Below are positions 1-9,375 of a DNA stretch of 20,075 nt, one piece after another. The stretch is from an uncultured bacterium. GTDB taxonomy: Bacteria; JAJVIF01; JAPKYR01. Below the pieces are notes generated by a model. It made no database searches, was not told where the DNA came from, and saw only the letters and a list, made by a program, of their open reading frames with translations. Made by a program: the position numbers and the translations under genes. How positions within the stretch are numbered: position 1 is the first letter of the stretch; the number at the start of each line of letters is the position of its first letter. The stretch covers positions 1 to 20,075 of the forward strand of contig CBDURU010000063.1 of NCBI GenBank assembly GCA_965369865.1, written 5' to 3'.

Positions 1-1624
1 TTGGATCAAAATCTGTTGTTGCTGTATAATAACCCACCACATAAATATTCCCTTCGTTATCCACAGCTACATTCCATGCAGAGTCAGAATAACTACCCCC
101 CCATGTGCGTGCCCAGCCTTTACCTTCCTTGATCGTCACTTCCAGAGGTTCAAATAGTGTACGGGACGATCCCTCGTTGTCGGTTACCCTAAGGTTTACA
201 TAATGAGTGCCGGATGTATCGAACCAGTGAAACGCTGGACTGCCCTCGTCATCGTATGTTCCGTCCATATCCCAGTCCCATTCATATTTAGTAATAGCAC
301 CCCCATCTGGATCGTATGAACCGTTATTGCGAAACTGAACAGGTTTCCCGACTGTCTGCGGGACAGGATACGCCAGCGCCTCCGCAACCGGCAGAGCGTT
401 GACATCGCCTATGAATACTGGAATTACATGAGATGCTCCACTATACCCAAAATTTGGATCTTCAACCGTATCTGAAACTGAAATAAATAGTGGGTAAATA
501 CCTTCCTCTATCGTTGACAGTAGTTCTTGTTCTATTATCGCTGTAAATAAAAAACTATCTTCGCCGGTTGCTTTAGAAAATTCAAAATGAGGTGAATCAA
601 ATGCGGGTGATGACCACCAGATAAACGAGTGCTCTGGGTGAATTAACCGACCACTGATCGAGGGAATTGATACTCCATCATAATCATTATATCTTATGGT
701 TTCATGCCCCTGATGATCGAACACTTCTACCTCAATTAACGCTTTACTACCAGGAGCTGTGGTTAGACCATCTCCAATAGTGATATTGAGTTTGTATGCT
801 CCAGGGCAATTGGCGGTAATTGGGAAATCATCCACAGGATCAACAACAGGAACAACATCCGGTAGATCCCAGCTTACGTCTACTGCGTACCCGAAATCAA
901 ATGGAATGCCAGGAAGTGCAATCTGTAAAGTTCGGGTCTCCTCAGTTCCCGGAAGGAACATCCTTCTCGGATTATTAATTCCATATGCTAAATAAGCATT
1001 TTGTTTTGCGGATCGCTTTTCACCGAAACTAAAAACGCCCGGATAATAATTCAGCATTGCAGGTTCATCTGGATTATATGGATATTTCTGTTCACTAAAA
1101 TACACGGTATACCCATCGGAATTTACCAGGACAGGTAAATCTTCACCCCAGGCAAACCGGATGCCTGGGTCCTCATGATCATCAGTTATAAAAATCCCCC
1201 GGACATCGAATATTGTCAGAGCCAGGTTGCCATCAAAGGGATGTTTTATTGTCATATCCACGCCTAGCTGTCCCGGTGTGGAAAAATCGAAATTGTCGAA
1301 CCTCAGGCAATCGCTGCACGCTTCCTCGAGGAGCCTGACAATGTTGAGATGCATATCAGCGTTACGCCTTTGAGACCCGGTGACAGTCTGGGTTGCAGGA
1401 TCGACATGAAAATCCCAGACACCCAGAGCGTACCGGTTATCAGGATTAGAAATCCCATCAGACAGACCGATATTTTGATCCGAGCTAGGATCAGCAGGGG
1501 TTACGGGATCACCATGCTTCCCAGATCCGGAGCATCCGCATAGGAGCAGGACCAGTATCGAGACGATACCAGTCTGGAGTATCCAATGACTTCTGACATT
1601 AAATGATGTTCTTAAAACCTGCAC
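1..1624 (-). CDS. Large secreted lipoprotein with PKD domain and SBBP-type beta-propeller repeats (3' end lies outside the window)
   Basis: Not in the ORF track. Manual translation gives a stop-free frame from a GTG at 1624 to the window edge (541 codons): signal/lipobox GIVSILVLLLCGC, a PKD-like segment (GSYDPDGGAITKYEWDWDMDG...VNLRVTDNEG), then WARTWGGSYSDSAWNVAVDNEGNIYVVGY...DFDP. Start codon uncertain. Confidence 0.85.
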   Translation of the reverse strand, partial: MQVLRTSFNVRSHWILQTGIVSILVLLLCGCSGSGKHGDPVTPADPSSDQNIGLSDGISNPDNRYALGVWDFHVDPATQTVTGSQRRNADMHLNIVRLLEEACSDCLRFDNFDFSTPGQLGVDMTIKHPFDGNLALTIFDVRGIFITDDHEDPGIRFAWGEDLPVLVNSDGYTVYFSEQKYPYNPDEPAMLNYYPGVFSFGEKRSAKQNAYLAYGINNPRRMFLPGTEETRTLQIALPGIPFDFGYAVDVSWDLPDVVPVVDPVDDFPITANCPGAYKLNITIGDGLTTAPGSKALIEVEVFDHQGHETIRYNDYDGVSIPSISGRLIHPEHSFIWWSSPAFDSPHFEFSKATGEDSFLFTAIIEQELLSTIEEGIYPLFISVSDTVEDPNFGYSGASHVIPVFIGDVNALPVAEALAYPVPQTVGKPVQFRNNGSYDPDGGAITKYEWDWDMDGTYDDEGSPAFHWFDTSGTHYVNLRVTDNEGSSRTLFEPLEVTIKEGKGWARTWGGSYSDSAWNVAVDNEGNIYVVGYYTATTDFDP

Positions 1625-1664
1625 AGTATAAATATAAAGGAAAACCGGCAAAATTCAAAGGAAA

Positions 1665-2657
1665 TCAGGCTGTTACGATGATCACAATTTCAACCGAATC
1701 AAAGCCGCCTTTGTCATCTTCAACATCCACTGTGATTATACAGTTTCCGGCTTCCGACGGCGCACGCCATTGCGCGACATTCTGATCCACGGAATTAAAC
1801 GCCCCTTTATCAGCCTGCCAGTTGTACGTGAGAGGGTCGTCGTCCGGATCGTTTACGGTCAATGTGATCAAAACGAGCGTATCCGGAGCCACCGGATTGC
1901 CGGGATCGAGATCCCAGCTCTGGATAACCGGATCGTGGTTTTCGAGGGCCTGTATAGGAATAGTTGTGGATGTGTTCCCGCCATCCTGGTCGGTTACCAT
2001 GACTGTCAACTGGAAACTTCCAGCGATCGGGCTCAGCCATCGGGCTTCCCCTTCACCCTTGAATGAGAAATACCCACCGGTAACCTGCCAGTCCCATTCG
2101 AGGGGGTAGTTCCCGTCAGGATCGGACGCCTCGACCGTAATCGTGATCTCCTCGTTGATATAGGGGCTTATATTACTCACATTGATTTCCGATATTACAG
2201 GTTGCTTGTTTGTATCGACAAGGACTGAGACATGGCCGACAGATGGCGATGAGTAGCGGTCGCCGATAATTACATCGAACGTGTATTTACCGGGAGTGTC
2301 AGGTGCAACCCATACGCACGGGTTTTCGTTGTAGACGATAAAGAATTCATTGGCGTTCAGAAGCTCGGACACCAGCCCGTCGCGTTTAACCGCCCATGCG
2401 AACGAGTACCAGCCGGGATCGGGATCGTCACCCGCGTCAGGGTCGGTGTAGCTCACCTCGATCGCGACAATGCTTCCCGGTTCGACCTGGAGTATATCGG
2501 CGGGTATTATTTCGGCCCCGTCAACAGTGAATGAGTAACTGTTGATTACGACCGGCTTGTTGTTGTCCTTGGCGGATTTGTTACAGCCTGCTGCGGTAAT
2601 TATCAGCGTGAGAATTATTATCGTTGCTGTAAAAAGTTTAAGGTCTGTCTTGTGCAT
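1665..2657 (-). CDS. Lipoprotein with three Ig-like/PKD-like repeats
   Basis: 330 aa ORF; lipobox-like TAAGC after a hydrophobic signal; three repeats of N-x-x-PVI...D-P-D...W...W-x-(A/S)-P...G...V-x-D; GGAGAG RBS upstream. Confidence 0.8.
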   Translation of the reverse strand: MHKTDLKLFTATIIILTLIITAAGCNKSAKDNNKPVVINSYSFTVDGAEIIPADILQVEPGSIVAIEVSYTDPDAGDDPDPGWYSFAWAVKRDGLVSELLNANEFFIVYNENPCVWVAPDTPGKYTFDVIIGDRYSSPSVGHVSVLVDTNKQPVISEINVSNISPYINEEITITVEASDPDGNYPLEWDWQVTGGYFSFKGEGEARWLSPIAGSFQLTVMVTDQDGGNTSTTIPIQALENHDPVIQSWDLDPGNPVAPDTLVLITLTVNDPDDDPLTYNWQADKGAFNSVDQNVAQWRAPSEAGNCIITVDVEDDKGGFDSVEIVIIVTA

Positions 2658-2737
2658 GGCTTTAACCCTCTCCAGGATTTGATAAATTGTCTTGATTAAT
2701 TGTCAGGAAGCCTCAAAAACAAATGCATACAGGTCTA

Positions 2738-5080
2738 TTATTCCGAATCATCTGAATCCGGGGGCAGTGTGAAGAGGTCGTACGGTTCGAAAGCAGGTTG
2801 ATCATCGAGCCAGCGAATGGTTTCAGCAATCCCGGTGAGAAGGGGGTTGCTTCTCGTGAATGATAAGTAATTGATCGAATGCCAGGCCAGTTCCGGTTCA
2901 TCGAAACCTTCACCGGCAATCGGGAAAGCCGGAACGAGAAGTCGCCTGCCGGCATGTATATCACTGATATCGAGATTATTCTGATGTCGCAGGTACGCGA
3001 TAAGGAAGGCCTCGGCATGGTAACGTGCCGAAGCCGAATCCATGTCATCGGGAATTTCCATACCGGCCATCATGCGAAGATTATCAACAAGGCTTAACTT
3101 GCGGGTTATCTGAAGCAGTGTGAGCATGACCGGATCGTTCGATGAATAGGGGACTATCTGGTCGACCGGTATATCAGGTTCTCCGGTAGCGATATTGATC
3201 CCGCGTACATCATTCTGTTTAATAAGATATTCACCGGGGAATATTGCGTTGTCCAGGTTGTCAAGAACGCTTGATCCCGGAGGCAGGAGATATGGATCGG
3301 CAATATTGTATGGGTTCGGGATGTCGTCGTTATAATCCCTGGGTTCCATTTCCTCGGCAACATGGGGAGTAATAACGATAATGATCTCGGTACGGTCCCT
3401 GATCTCACGTGTCCTTCTGAAGAGTGAACCGATCAATGGCAGGTCTCCAAGGAGTGGGACTTTGTAAGTGCGTGTCTCCATCTCAGTGGAGATCAAACCT
3501 CCAAGGATCAAAGACTGGTGGTTGGGAATTCTTACGGTAGTTGAAACTTCACGGGTATTCAGCTCAGGCGCCATAAGACTTAATTCACTAACCACGTTAT
3601 TGAGTGTTTCCACGTTGGAAACCACCGCGTTGACCTGCATCTGCACTTCTTCGCCGCCCCTGCCGATCCGGGGTTTTATATTCAACGTAATACCCACGGG
3701 AACGAAGGTGATATTGAAATTACTGCGTTCATCCGGACCAATGGTTTCCTCAACAACCGGAACCTGGCGGCCGATGGTAATAATCGCCTGCCTGCCGTCG
3801 ACCGTAACCACTTTCGGCCTTGCGCGGATAGTGGCTCGCCCGTCGAGGATAAGAGCTGCCAGGGCCGCTGAAAAACTCCCCTGGGGTTCACCGGAATCAT
3901 CGTATGTGAAGAAATTACCTCCGGGATTCGAGGATCCACCTTCGCCCGGGAATACCGGGTTGATTGACCCTGAAAGAATGTCATCGTCTCCGGATATCGA
4001 TCTCAAGCCGAGGTCGGATAAATCATCGACGTTCAACTCGATTATCTGGGCTTCAATAAGGACCTGCCGGGCTGGGACATCAATGAGTGATATGTATGTC
4101 TCAACAGAAGCGATCTCCGATGGTGTTCCAAAAACTATGAGTTTGTTTATGTCGGTAGTCGCTACCGGATCAGTGAATGAAAGAACCGAAAACTGGTTAC
4201 CCCGAATTCCGGATGATGCGCCATCTGAAAACCGGGATGACAATTCAGCATGAGTAGAGTCGACCTGCGGTGCCGCGTAGATGATGGGGCCGTATCCGGA
4301 TTGTAGCGCATCGATCGCACTCTGGTCCGTCCCGTCGGATGTGTAAACGGCGTTGTATCCCGCCGCGTTAAGGCTGTTGATAGCTTCGTCAACCTGCATG
4401 TAGTAAATGTTGATGACTTCGAAAGAACGCGCCATGACCGGTTGATCGATAGTCTGTACGATTTCCTTGATTGAATTTATCAGACCCTGTTCGTTTGTCG
4501 TTGCCCTGATATAGATCGTGTAGCCCCGGTAGCCGAGAGGTTGCTCGATAAACGCCTGGGTAATGGTCTCCATGCTTGGCGTATAGAAAGTAATCTGGCT
4601 GGCGCCACTCGCGTTCCTGGCATAGACAATGAAATTGTCCGCGGATGGCTCAAGCTTAACCATCCCGATAAAATTATTCATAATCTCATCGAGTTTCACC
4701 GCGAATTCGCCCGGAGAAAGGTTGTGGATGGTCATGTTATCTATCAATTCAGGCGGGGGAGGAGCGGGAGGGGAGGGGGGCGGATCGATTGTCCTGAGGA
4801 TTTCCTTAGCGATATCGATCAGTTCCCTCTGTCCCTGGATTACAATTTTATTGGGCACCGAAGCCAGCGTGGTGATAACAAGGTCATCCCTTTCGAGCCC
4901 TATCAACTCAAGGTTGGAATACAATTGGAGAATCGCTTCTTCCTGGCTGAGGTTGTAAATTGGGACAAATTCCATGTCCCGTGCTATTTCTTCCTGGGTG
5001 TTACCTGCTGGTCCGATAGCTACTAAAAAAAACAAACATACGGCCAATATGCGCCATAAGCGAGCGGCTTTAAATTGCAT
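2738..5080 (-). CDS. Secretin (GspD/PulD/PilQ superfamily) with C-terminal extension
   Basis: Secretin-domain motifs DVPARQVLIEAQIIE, RARPKVVTVDGRQAII, PVGITLNIKPRI, KVPLLGDLPLIGSLFR, RTEIIIVITPHV. Start moved from 5158 to ATG 5080, which lies 8 nt after AAGGAG and gives a signal peptide. Confidence 0.88.
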   Translation of the reverse strand: MQFKAARLWRILAVCLFFLVAIGPAGNTQEEIARDMEFVPIYNLSQEEAILQLYSNLELIGLERDDLVITTLASVPNKIVIQGQRELIDIAKEILRTIDPPPSPPAPPPPELIDNMTIHNLSPGEFAVKLDEIMNNFIGMVKLEPSADNFIVYARNASGASQITFYTPSMETITQAFIEQPLGYRGYTIYIRATTNEQGLINSIKEIVQTIDQPVMARSFEVINIYYMQVDEAINSLNAAGYNAVYTSDGTDQSAIDALQSGYGPIIYAAPQVDSTHAELSSRFSDGASSGIRGNQFSVLSFTDPVATTDINKLIVFGTPSEIASVETYISLIDVPARQVLIEAQIIELNVDDLSDLGLRSISGDDDILSGSINPVFPGEGGSSNPGGNFFTYDDSGEPQGSFSAALAALILDGRATIRARPKVVTVDGRQAIITIGRQVPVVEETIGPDERSNFNITFVPVGITLNIKPRIGRGGEEVQMQVNAVVSNVETLNNVVSELSLMAPELNTREVSTTVRIPNHQSLILGGLISTEMETRTYKVPLLGDLPLIGSLFRRTREIRDRTEIIIVITPHVAEEMEPRDYNDDIPNPYNIADPYLLPPGSSVLDNLDNAIFPGEYLIKQNDVRGINIATGEPDIPVDQIVPYSSNDPVMLTLLQITRKLSLVDNLRMMAGMEIPDDMDSASARYHAEAFLIAYLRHQNNLDISDIHAGRRLLVPAFPIAGEGFDEPELAWHSINYLSFTRSNPLLTGIAETIRWLDDQPAFEPYDLFTLPPDSDDSE

Positions 5081-5206
5081 GGCCATTGCTCCTTGCCGTT
5101 TAGTTCTGATAGGGTAATCGTGGCTACTATTATACCCCCGGCCATCTAATAATATCATCGTGAGTCACGGTTCCTTGAACTATTTAATTTAATATTATGC
5201 AATTTT

Positions 5207-5234
5207 TTGACCCTTTTTTTAAAAATGCTAGAAT
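5207..5234 (+). promoter_or_regulatory. Sigma70-like promoter, probably giving a leaderless mRNA
   Basis: TTGACC-16-TAGAAT with TGC just before the -10; ATG at 5242 follows 7 nt after the -10 and has no RBS. Confidence 0.5.
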
Positions 5235-5241
5235 CAGATCG

Positions 5242-5904
5242 ATGAAACAAGAGAATAACACTGAAGATCGACTTGAACCACCCCAAAAGGCCGGGTATGG
5301 TCCGATTCTTTATCTCGCGCGCCACGGTCAGACTGATTATAACCTCAACAGGATCTTCCAGGGATCGAGTGATATTCCCCTGAATGACACAGGTCGCCGT
5401 CAGGCCATTGTCCTGAGAGACACACTGATCGATGTTCCACTGACGCGCGCATATATTTCACCTTTAGAAAGGGCCCGTGAAACAGCTGCCACTATTTTAA
5501 ATGACCGAAATATCCCCGAAAAGGTTGAATTACGATTAAAAGAACTTAATTTTGGAGACTGGGAAGGAACACCCGAAGTCGAGGTTAAGGAAAAATGGAT
5601 GGAAGATTACATGGATTACAGGAACAACATGGCAAATTTTCATCCCCTGAACGGCGAAGCTGCGGTCGACGCTCAGAAACGGTCGGGTGAGTGGTGGGAT
5701 GAGATCTCAAATGAGTTCCCGTCACCCGATGAGCATATTCTCGTGGTCTCCCACCAGTCGCTGAACGCCGTACTTGCGTGTTATGTGGTGGGAATCGCGC
5801 TTGAGAGGGCGTGGGAGAATTTCAAGAGCAAACCGGGAGAGGTGATCAGGATAGTACCGTCGCCGATAGCACAGGTGATCAGGATAATGCCGGATGGTGA
5901 TTAG
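5242..5904 (+). CDS. Histidine phosphatase (phosphoglycerate mutase-like) family protein
   Basis: LYLARHGQT, SPLERARETA, LKELNFGDWEG, LVVSH motifs. Start at 5242 preferred over 5197. Confidence 0.9.
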   Translation: MKQENNTEDRLEPPQKAGYGPILYLARHGQTDYNLNRIFQGSSDIPLNDTGRRQAIVLRDTLIDVPLTRAYISPLERARETAATILNDRNIPEKVELRLKELNFGDWEGTPEVEVKEKWMEDYMDYRNNMANFHPLNGEAAVDAQKRSGEWWDEISNEFPSPDEHILVVSHQSLNAVLACYVVGIALERAWENFKSKPGEVIRIVPSPIAQVIRIMPDGD

Positions 5905-6049
5905 GAATAAAGTAAATTAAACAGGATTGTGTTGGGAGTATTTATTTTTTTAAAGCCCCCCCCTCCTTGACGGTCATTACTGGACATTCGGCGAAATTAT
6001 CGGAAAAGCACACAGCATCGGCAATAATTTCCATCCTCCCATTGTGTAA

Positions 6050-6103
6050 CATGCACATTCCTGTGCATGATCCCTTGACAAACGATGTACTATCCTGTAA
6101 CTT
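6050..6103 (+). promoter_or_regulatory. Palindromic operator plus sigma70-like promoter of the serpin gene
   Basis: Perfect inverted repeat CATGCACA-ttcc-TGTGCATG (6050-6069) just upstream of TTGACA (6075)-17-TAACTT (6098). Confidence 0.5.
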
Positions 6104-6132
6104 TTTGTTAGCTCAACATTAGGAGGTCAATT

Positions 6133-7446
6133 ATGTTCCGTGTCATCTCAATCTCGTTCACTTTACTTTTCTGCTTCCTGATATCGCTCATCTCATGCGG
6201 CGGCAGCACAAATATCCCAAACTTTCCGCCCGACGAAAATACCGACCGCTATACCTTCGCCGCATCCGATAAGACCCGCGACCAGTCACCCGCCGTACCG
6301 GAATCCGAGCTCGATGCGCTTGCAAACGGCAACACCGAATTCGCCTGCGATCTTTACCGGGAACTCAAAAGCGGCGACGGCAATATCTTTTTCTCACCGT
6401 TCAGCATCTCACAGGCGCTCGCGATGACCTGGATCGGCGCGCGCGGCAATACAGAAATCCAGATCGCGGACACAATGCATTTCACACTCCCGCAAAACAA
6501 ACTCCATCCGGCTTTCAACAAACTCGATCTCGAACTCCAGAGTCGCGGCGAGGGCGCTATGGGGAAGGACTCGGAACCATTCCGGCTCAACATCGCAAAC
6601 TCGACCTGGGGACAGGCCGGCTGGTCCTGGCTCCCCGAATTTCTCGACACGCTTGCGATCAATTATGGCGCCGGAATGCGTCTCGTCGATTTCATGACCC
6701 AGCCCGACGAATGCCGGATCATCATCAACGACTGGGTTGAGGATCGAACCGAGGGGAGAATTGAAGACCTTCTTCCAGAGGGAATAATCACTCCCGACAC
6801 CACGCTGGTTCTCGTAAACGCGATCTATTTCAACGCCGCGTGGTTTGAGCCATTCGAGGAGGAGAACACTCACACAGGCGCATTCACTCTTCTTGATCAC
6901 TCAGAGATCCATGTGCCGCTCATGGAACAGGGGCGATCGCACCGCTACTCGGAGGGTGACGGCTTCAAGGCGGTCGAGATCATGTACGACGGCCGGGAAT
7001 TATCAATGCTGATCCTGCTCCCGGAAATCGACCGCTTCGATGAGATCGAATCGAATCTTGATGCCGCGATGATTAACGGAATTATCGATGACATCGGCGA
7101 AAGATCCGTATCCCTGATACTGCCGAAGTTCGAGTTCGATTCAAAATTCAGCCTCAAGGATACACTTTACGATATGGGAATGACCGACGCGTTCGAGGGA
7201 GGCATCGCGGATTTCTCCGGCATGGACGGATCGCGGCTGCTTTTCATTTCGGAGGTCGTTCACAAGGCGTTTGTATCAGTTGATGAGGCGGGTACCGAAG
7301 CCGCCGCGGCGACCGCGGTAATCATGCCAAGAGAGTCGATTCCTGAACCGGCAGAATTCCATGCGGATCATCCTTTTATCTTCTTCATCCGCGACAACCT
7401 GACCGGCGCGATTCTGTTCATTGGACGGGTACTCGATCCGAGATAG
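6133..7446 (+). CDS. Serpin family protein, lipoprotein
   Basis: NIFFSPFSIS, LVLVNAIYFNAAW, hinge EAGTEAAAAT, FHADHPFIFFIRD...ILFIGRV; lipobox LISC; AGGAGG RBS at 6121. Confidence 0.95.
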   Translation: MFRVISISFTLLFCFLISLISCGGSTNIPNFPPDENTDRYTFAASDKTRDQSPAVPESELDALANGNTEFACDLYRELKSGDGNIFFSPFSISQALAMTWIGARGNTEIQIADTMHFTLPQNKLHPAFNKLDLELQSRGEGAMGKDSEPFRLNIANSTWGQAGWSWLPEFLDTLAINYGAGMRLVDFMTQPDECRIIINDWVEDRTEGRIEDLLPEGIITPDTTLVLVNAIYFNAAWFEPFEEENTHTGAFTLLDHSEIHVPLMEQGRSHRYSEGDGFKAVEIMYDGRELSMLILLPEIDRFDEIESNLDAAMINGIIDDIGERSVSLILPKFEFDSKFSLKDTLYDMGMTDAFEGGIADFSGMDGSRLLFISEVVHKAFVSVDEAGTEAAAATAVIMPRESIPEPAEFHADHPFIFFIRDNLTGAILFIGRVLDPR

Positions 7447-7533
7447 CATTTAAGAACTCACGTCGTTCTCCTTCTGCCTGACGACCGATCTCCAGTCAAA
7501 TTTTTCCCATATCCTCCCCCAACCATTGGATAA

Positions 7534-7655
7534 ATTAGTGTGATTCCGGTCGCAATATTTTTTCAGGATGCCGGAATACTTCTTGCGGTCCGAATCATCC
7601 AGGAAAACCTCCTATTGTTCCCTTTTTATTGGGCTAAGGGTTGATAGTGGGGAAT
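7534..7655 (-). pseudogene. Decayed fragment resembling the N-terminus of a REP-associated tyrosine transposase (Y1_Tnp/RAYT)
   Basis: Minus strand reads IPHYQPLAQ*KGNNR, then after a frameshift EVFLDDSDRKKYSGILKKYCDRNH. This resembles the RAYT pattern H..QRGNNRQ.IF.DD.DR..YL..L. No HUH motif follows. Confidence 0.55.
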
Positions 7656-7745
7656 TCGGAGGATGGGTTCAGCGGATGTCCCCGCGTGTGTATAGGGAGA
7701 GAGCCGTTTTTTTTTTTAACGCGATTAGTGGTAGCGAATCGGTTA

Positions 7746-8702
7746 TCACATCCACAGCGTTTTGGAAATCGTCCAGCTTCCAAGGATAATCGTGAGAACT
7801 GCAATCGCCATAACAAGCCATTTCTGGTGCACCTGCCTGACCGTATAAGCACAGAACGGGATACTGCAAATGGCGCCGGTGGCGAGCGCGAGTGCCAGTG
7901 ACAGGTCGGTGAATTTCCCGAATATGATGAAGAGAATAACTCCCACAAGGCAGGTGAGCCCTTCCGCAAGCGAGGTGATTCCTATTGCGGGTTTCCCCGG
8001 CACTCCGCTCATTAGTTGCCCCCCCATTATCAGTGGTCCGTATCCACCACCGGATATCGCCTTGTTGAAGCTTGCCACCAGCCCGAGTCCCAGGATCTTG
8101 CCCCATGAGAATCGGAACTGGCGTCCGCGGGTTGCAAGGATGATAATTCCAATGGCAAGAACGATCGAACCGATAAAGAGTTTCAAAGCCACCTGGCTTA
8201 TATTGATGGCTATATTGACGCCAATAACCGCTCCCACCATGCTGCAGGCCCCAAGTATCAGCGCGATTTTCAGGTGGATTGATTTTCTTGACAGGTCGAT
8301 ATTGCCTGCTTCCCTGTGTGATATCGCGGCGGAGAGGCCGGTTATCAGTTCGGACACCAGAACTGCCGGGACTACAAGCAGCGGTTCGTATCCAAACAGG
8401 AGAAGGACTGGTGTTAGTGTGGTTCCATAACCCATGCCCAGTGTGGAGTCTGCATACTCACATATCAGGGCGACCAGGGCGATCAGGAAGAATGAGCTGC
8501 TCCACAATACAACTTCCGGTGCCTCAGGCTTGAGTCCGAATCTCTGAATACAGTAAATCGTGATGAAGGCCACTACAATTGTGACGGCCCAGACTGTCAG
8601 CAGCTTTCTCAGCACTCCGAAACGTATCGAATACCAGAAGCGCACATGCATAGGTATGTGCTCTGGAGTGACGGTTTGCGTGGGATCGTTGCCGGTTGTC
8701 AT
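7746..8702 (-). CDS. Sulfite exporter TauE/SafE family membrane protein
   Basis: Multi-pass hydrophobic ORF with DSTLGMGYGTTLTPVLLL and FNKAISGGGYGP duplicated motifs; extra N-terminal TM segment. Confidence 0.88.
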   Translation of the reverse strand: MTTGNDPTQTVTPEHIPMHVRFWYSIRFGVLRKLLTVWAVTIVVAFITIYCIQRFGLKPEAPEVVLWSSSFFLIALVALICEYADSTLGMGYGTTLTPVLLLFGYEPLLVVPAVLVSELITGLSAAISHREAGNIDLSRKSIHLKIALILGACSMVGAVIGVNIAINISQVALKLFIGSIVLAIGIIILATRGRQFRFSWGKILGLGLVASFNKAISGGGYGPLIMGGQLMSGVPGKPAIGITSLAEGLTCLVGVILFIIFGKFTDLSLALALATGAICSIPFCAYTVRQVHQKWLVMAIAVLTIILGSWTISKTLWM

Positions 8703-8793
8703 ATTTATTACCCCTTGTTCAACGACAGGTTAATACCAGTGTTTGTGATTTTGTTTCCCTTGGGATTCTTTTTCGCGCCCCGTTTAAATAATC

Positions 8794-8810
8794 ACGACTT
8801 TATCGGTCGT
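8794..8810. promoter_or_regulatory. Putative Rrf2 operator upstream of the TauE gene
   Basis: Inverted repeat ACGAC-tttatcg-GTCGT; the same CGAC-N7-GTCG occurs at 9331-9345. Confidence 0.6.
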
Positions 8811-8862
8811 ATATTGTCAGAAAAAAAGAGCTCAGCCTTGCATTGGTATGTTGTCCATGTGT

Positions 8863-9303
8863 TTATTTCTTAAGAACTTCACTGGTTGAAACCGGTTTCA
8901 CCTCGACCAGGGACGCAAGGGTTGTCCGGTCCATAATTTCAGCAGTGGTATTGCGGATCTCAAGGAGCACCCTCCTGAACCTGCATACCGGCTCCTGGGT
9001 GCATTTCTTATAATCAGTAACCGACACGCACGGAATCGGCGCAAGGATGCCGTCAAAGTACCGTATGATCTGCCCCATGGTGATCTTTTCCGGGTTTTTT
9101 GCCAATATGTATCCGCCGTTTCGACCCGGAACGCTGTCGACACATTTCTGGCTTTTAAGATCGAGAAGTATATGCTCAAGGAAACGCCTGGGTGCATCGT
9201 TGCGTCGGGCAAGCTCTCTGATTGGAATCGGACCGTGCCCGTAATGCTCGGTGAGCGTTACGAGTATCCTGAGAGCGTAATCTGATTTTCTGGATATTTT
9301 CAT
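8863..9303 (-). CDS. Rrf2 family transcriptional regulator (IscR/CymR-like)
   Basis: MKISRKSDYALR, FLEHILLDLK, SVPGRNGGYILAK, and three Cys (C-X7-C-X5-C) in the C-terminal half. Confidence 0.93.
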   Translation of the reverse strand: MKISRKSDYALRILVTLTEHYGHGPIPIRELARRNDAPRRFLEHILLDLKSQKCVDSVPGRNGGYILAKNPEKITMGQIIRYFDGILAPIPCVSVTDYKKCTQEPVCRFRRVLLEIRNTTAEIMDRTTLASLVEVKPVSTSEVLKK

Positions 9304-9330
9304 TATTGATCGAAGTCAGATAAAGAAAGT

Positions 9331-9375
9331 CGACCATTCCAGTCGTAATATTAGCATATTTTCAGCTCTTGTCAA
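9331..9375 (-). promoter_or_regulatory. Promoter of the Rrf2 gene with overlapping operator
   Basis: Minus strand TTGACA (9375-9370)-16-TAATAT (9353-9348) with TGC extension; CGAC-N7-GTCG covers the predicted start site. Confidence 0.6.

Noticed and set aside
196..1543. Short ORFs 196-405, 759-995, 1349-1543
   Set aside because: Shadows of the long minus-strand CDS 1-1624.
8832..8858. Mini-ORF MDNIPMQG after rrf2
   Set aside because: Eight codons with no RBS; nothing supports translation.
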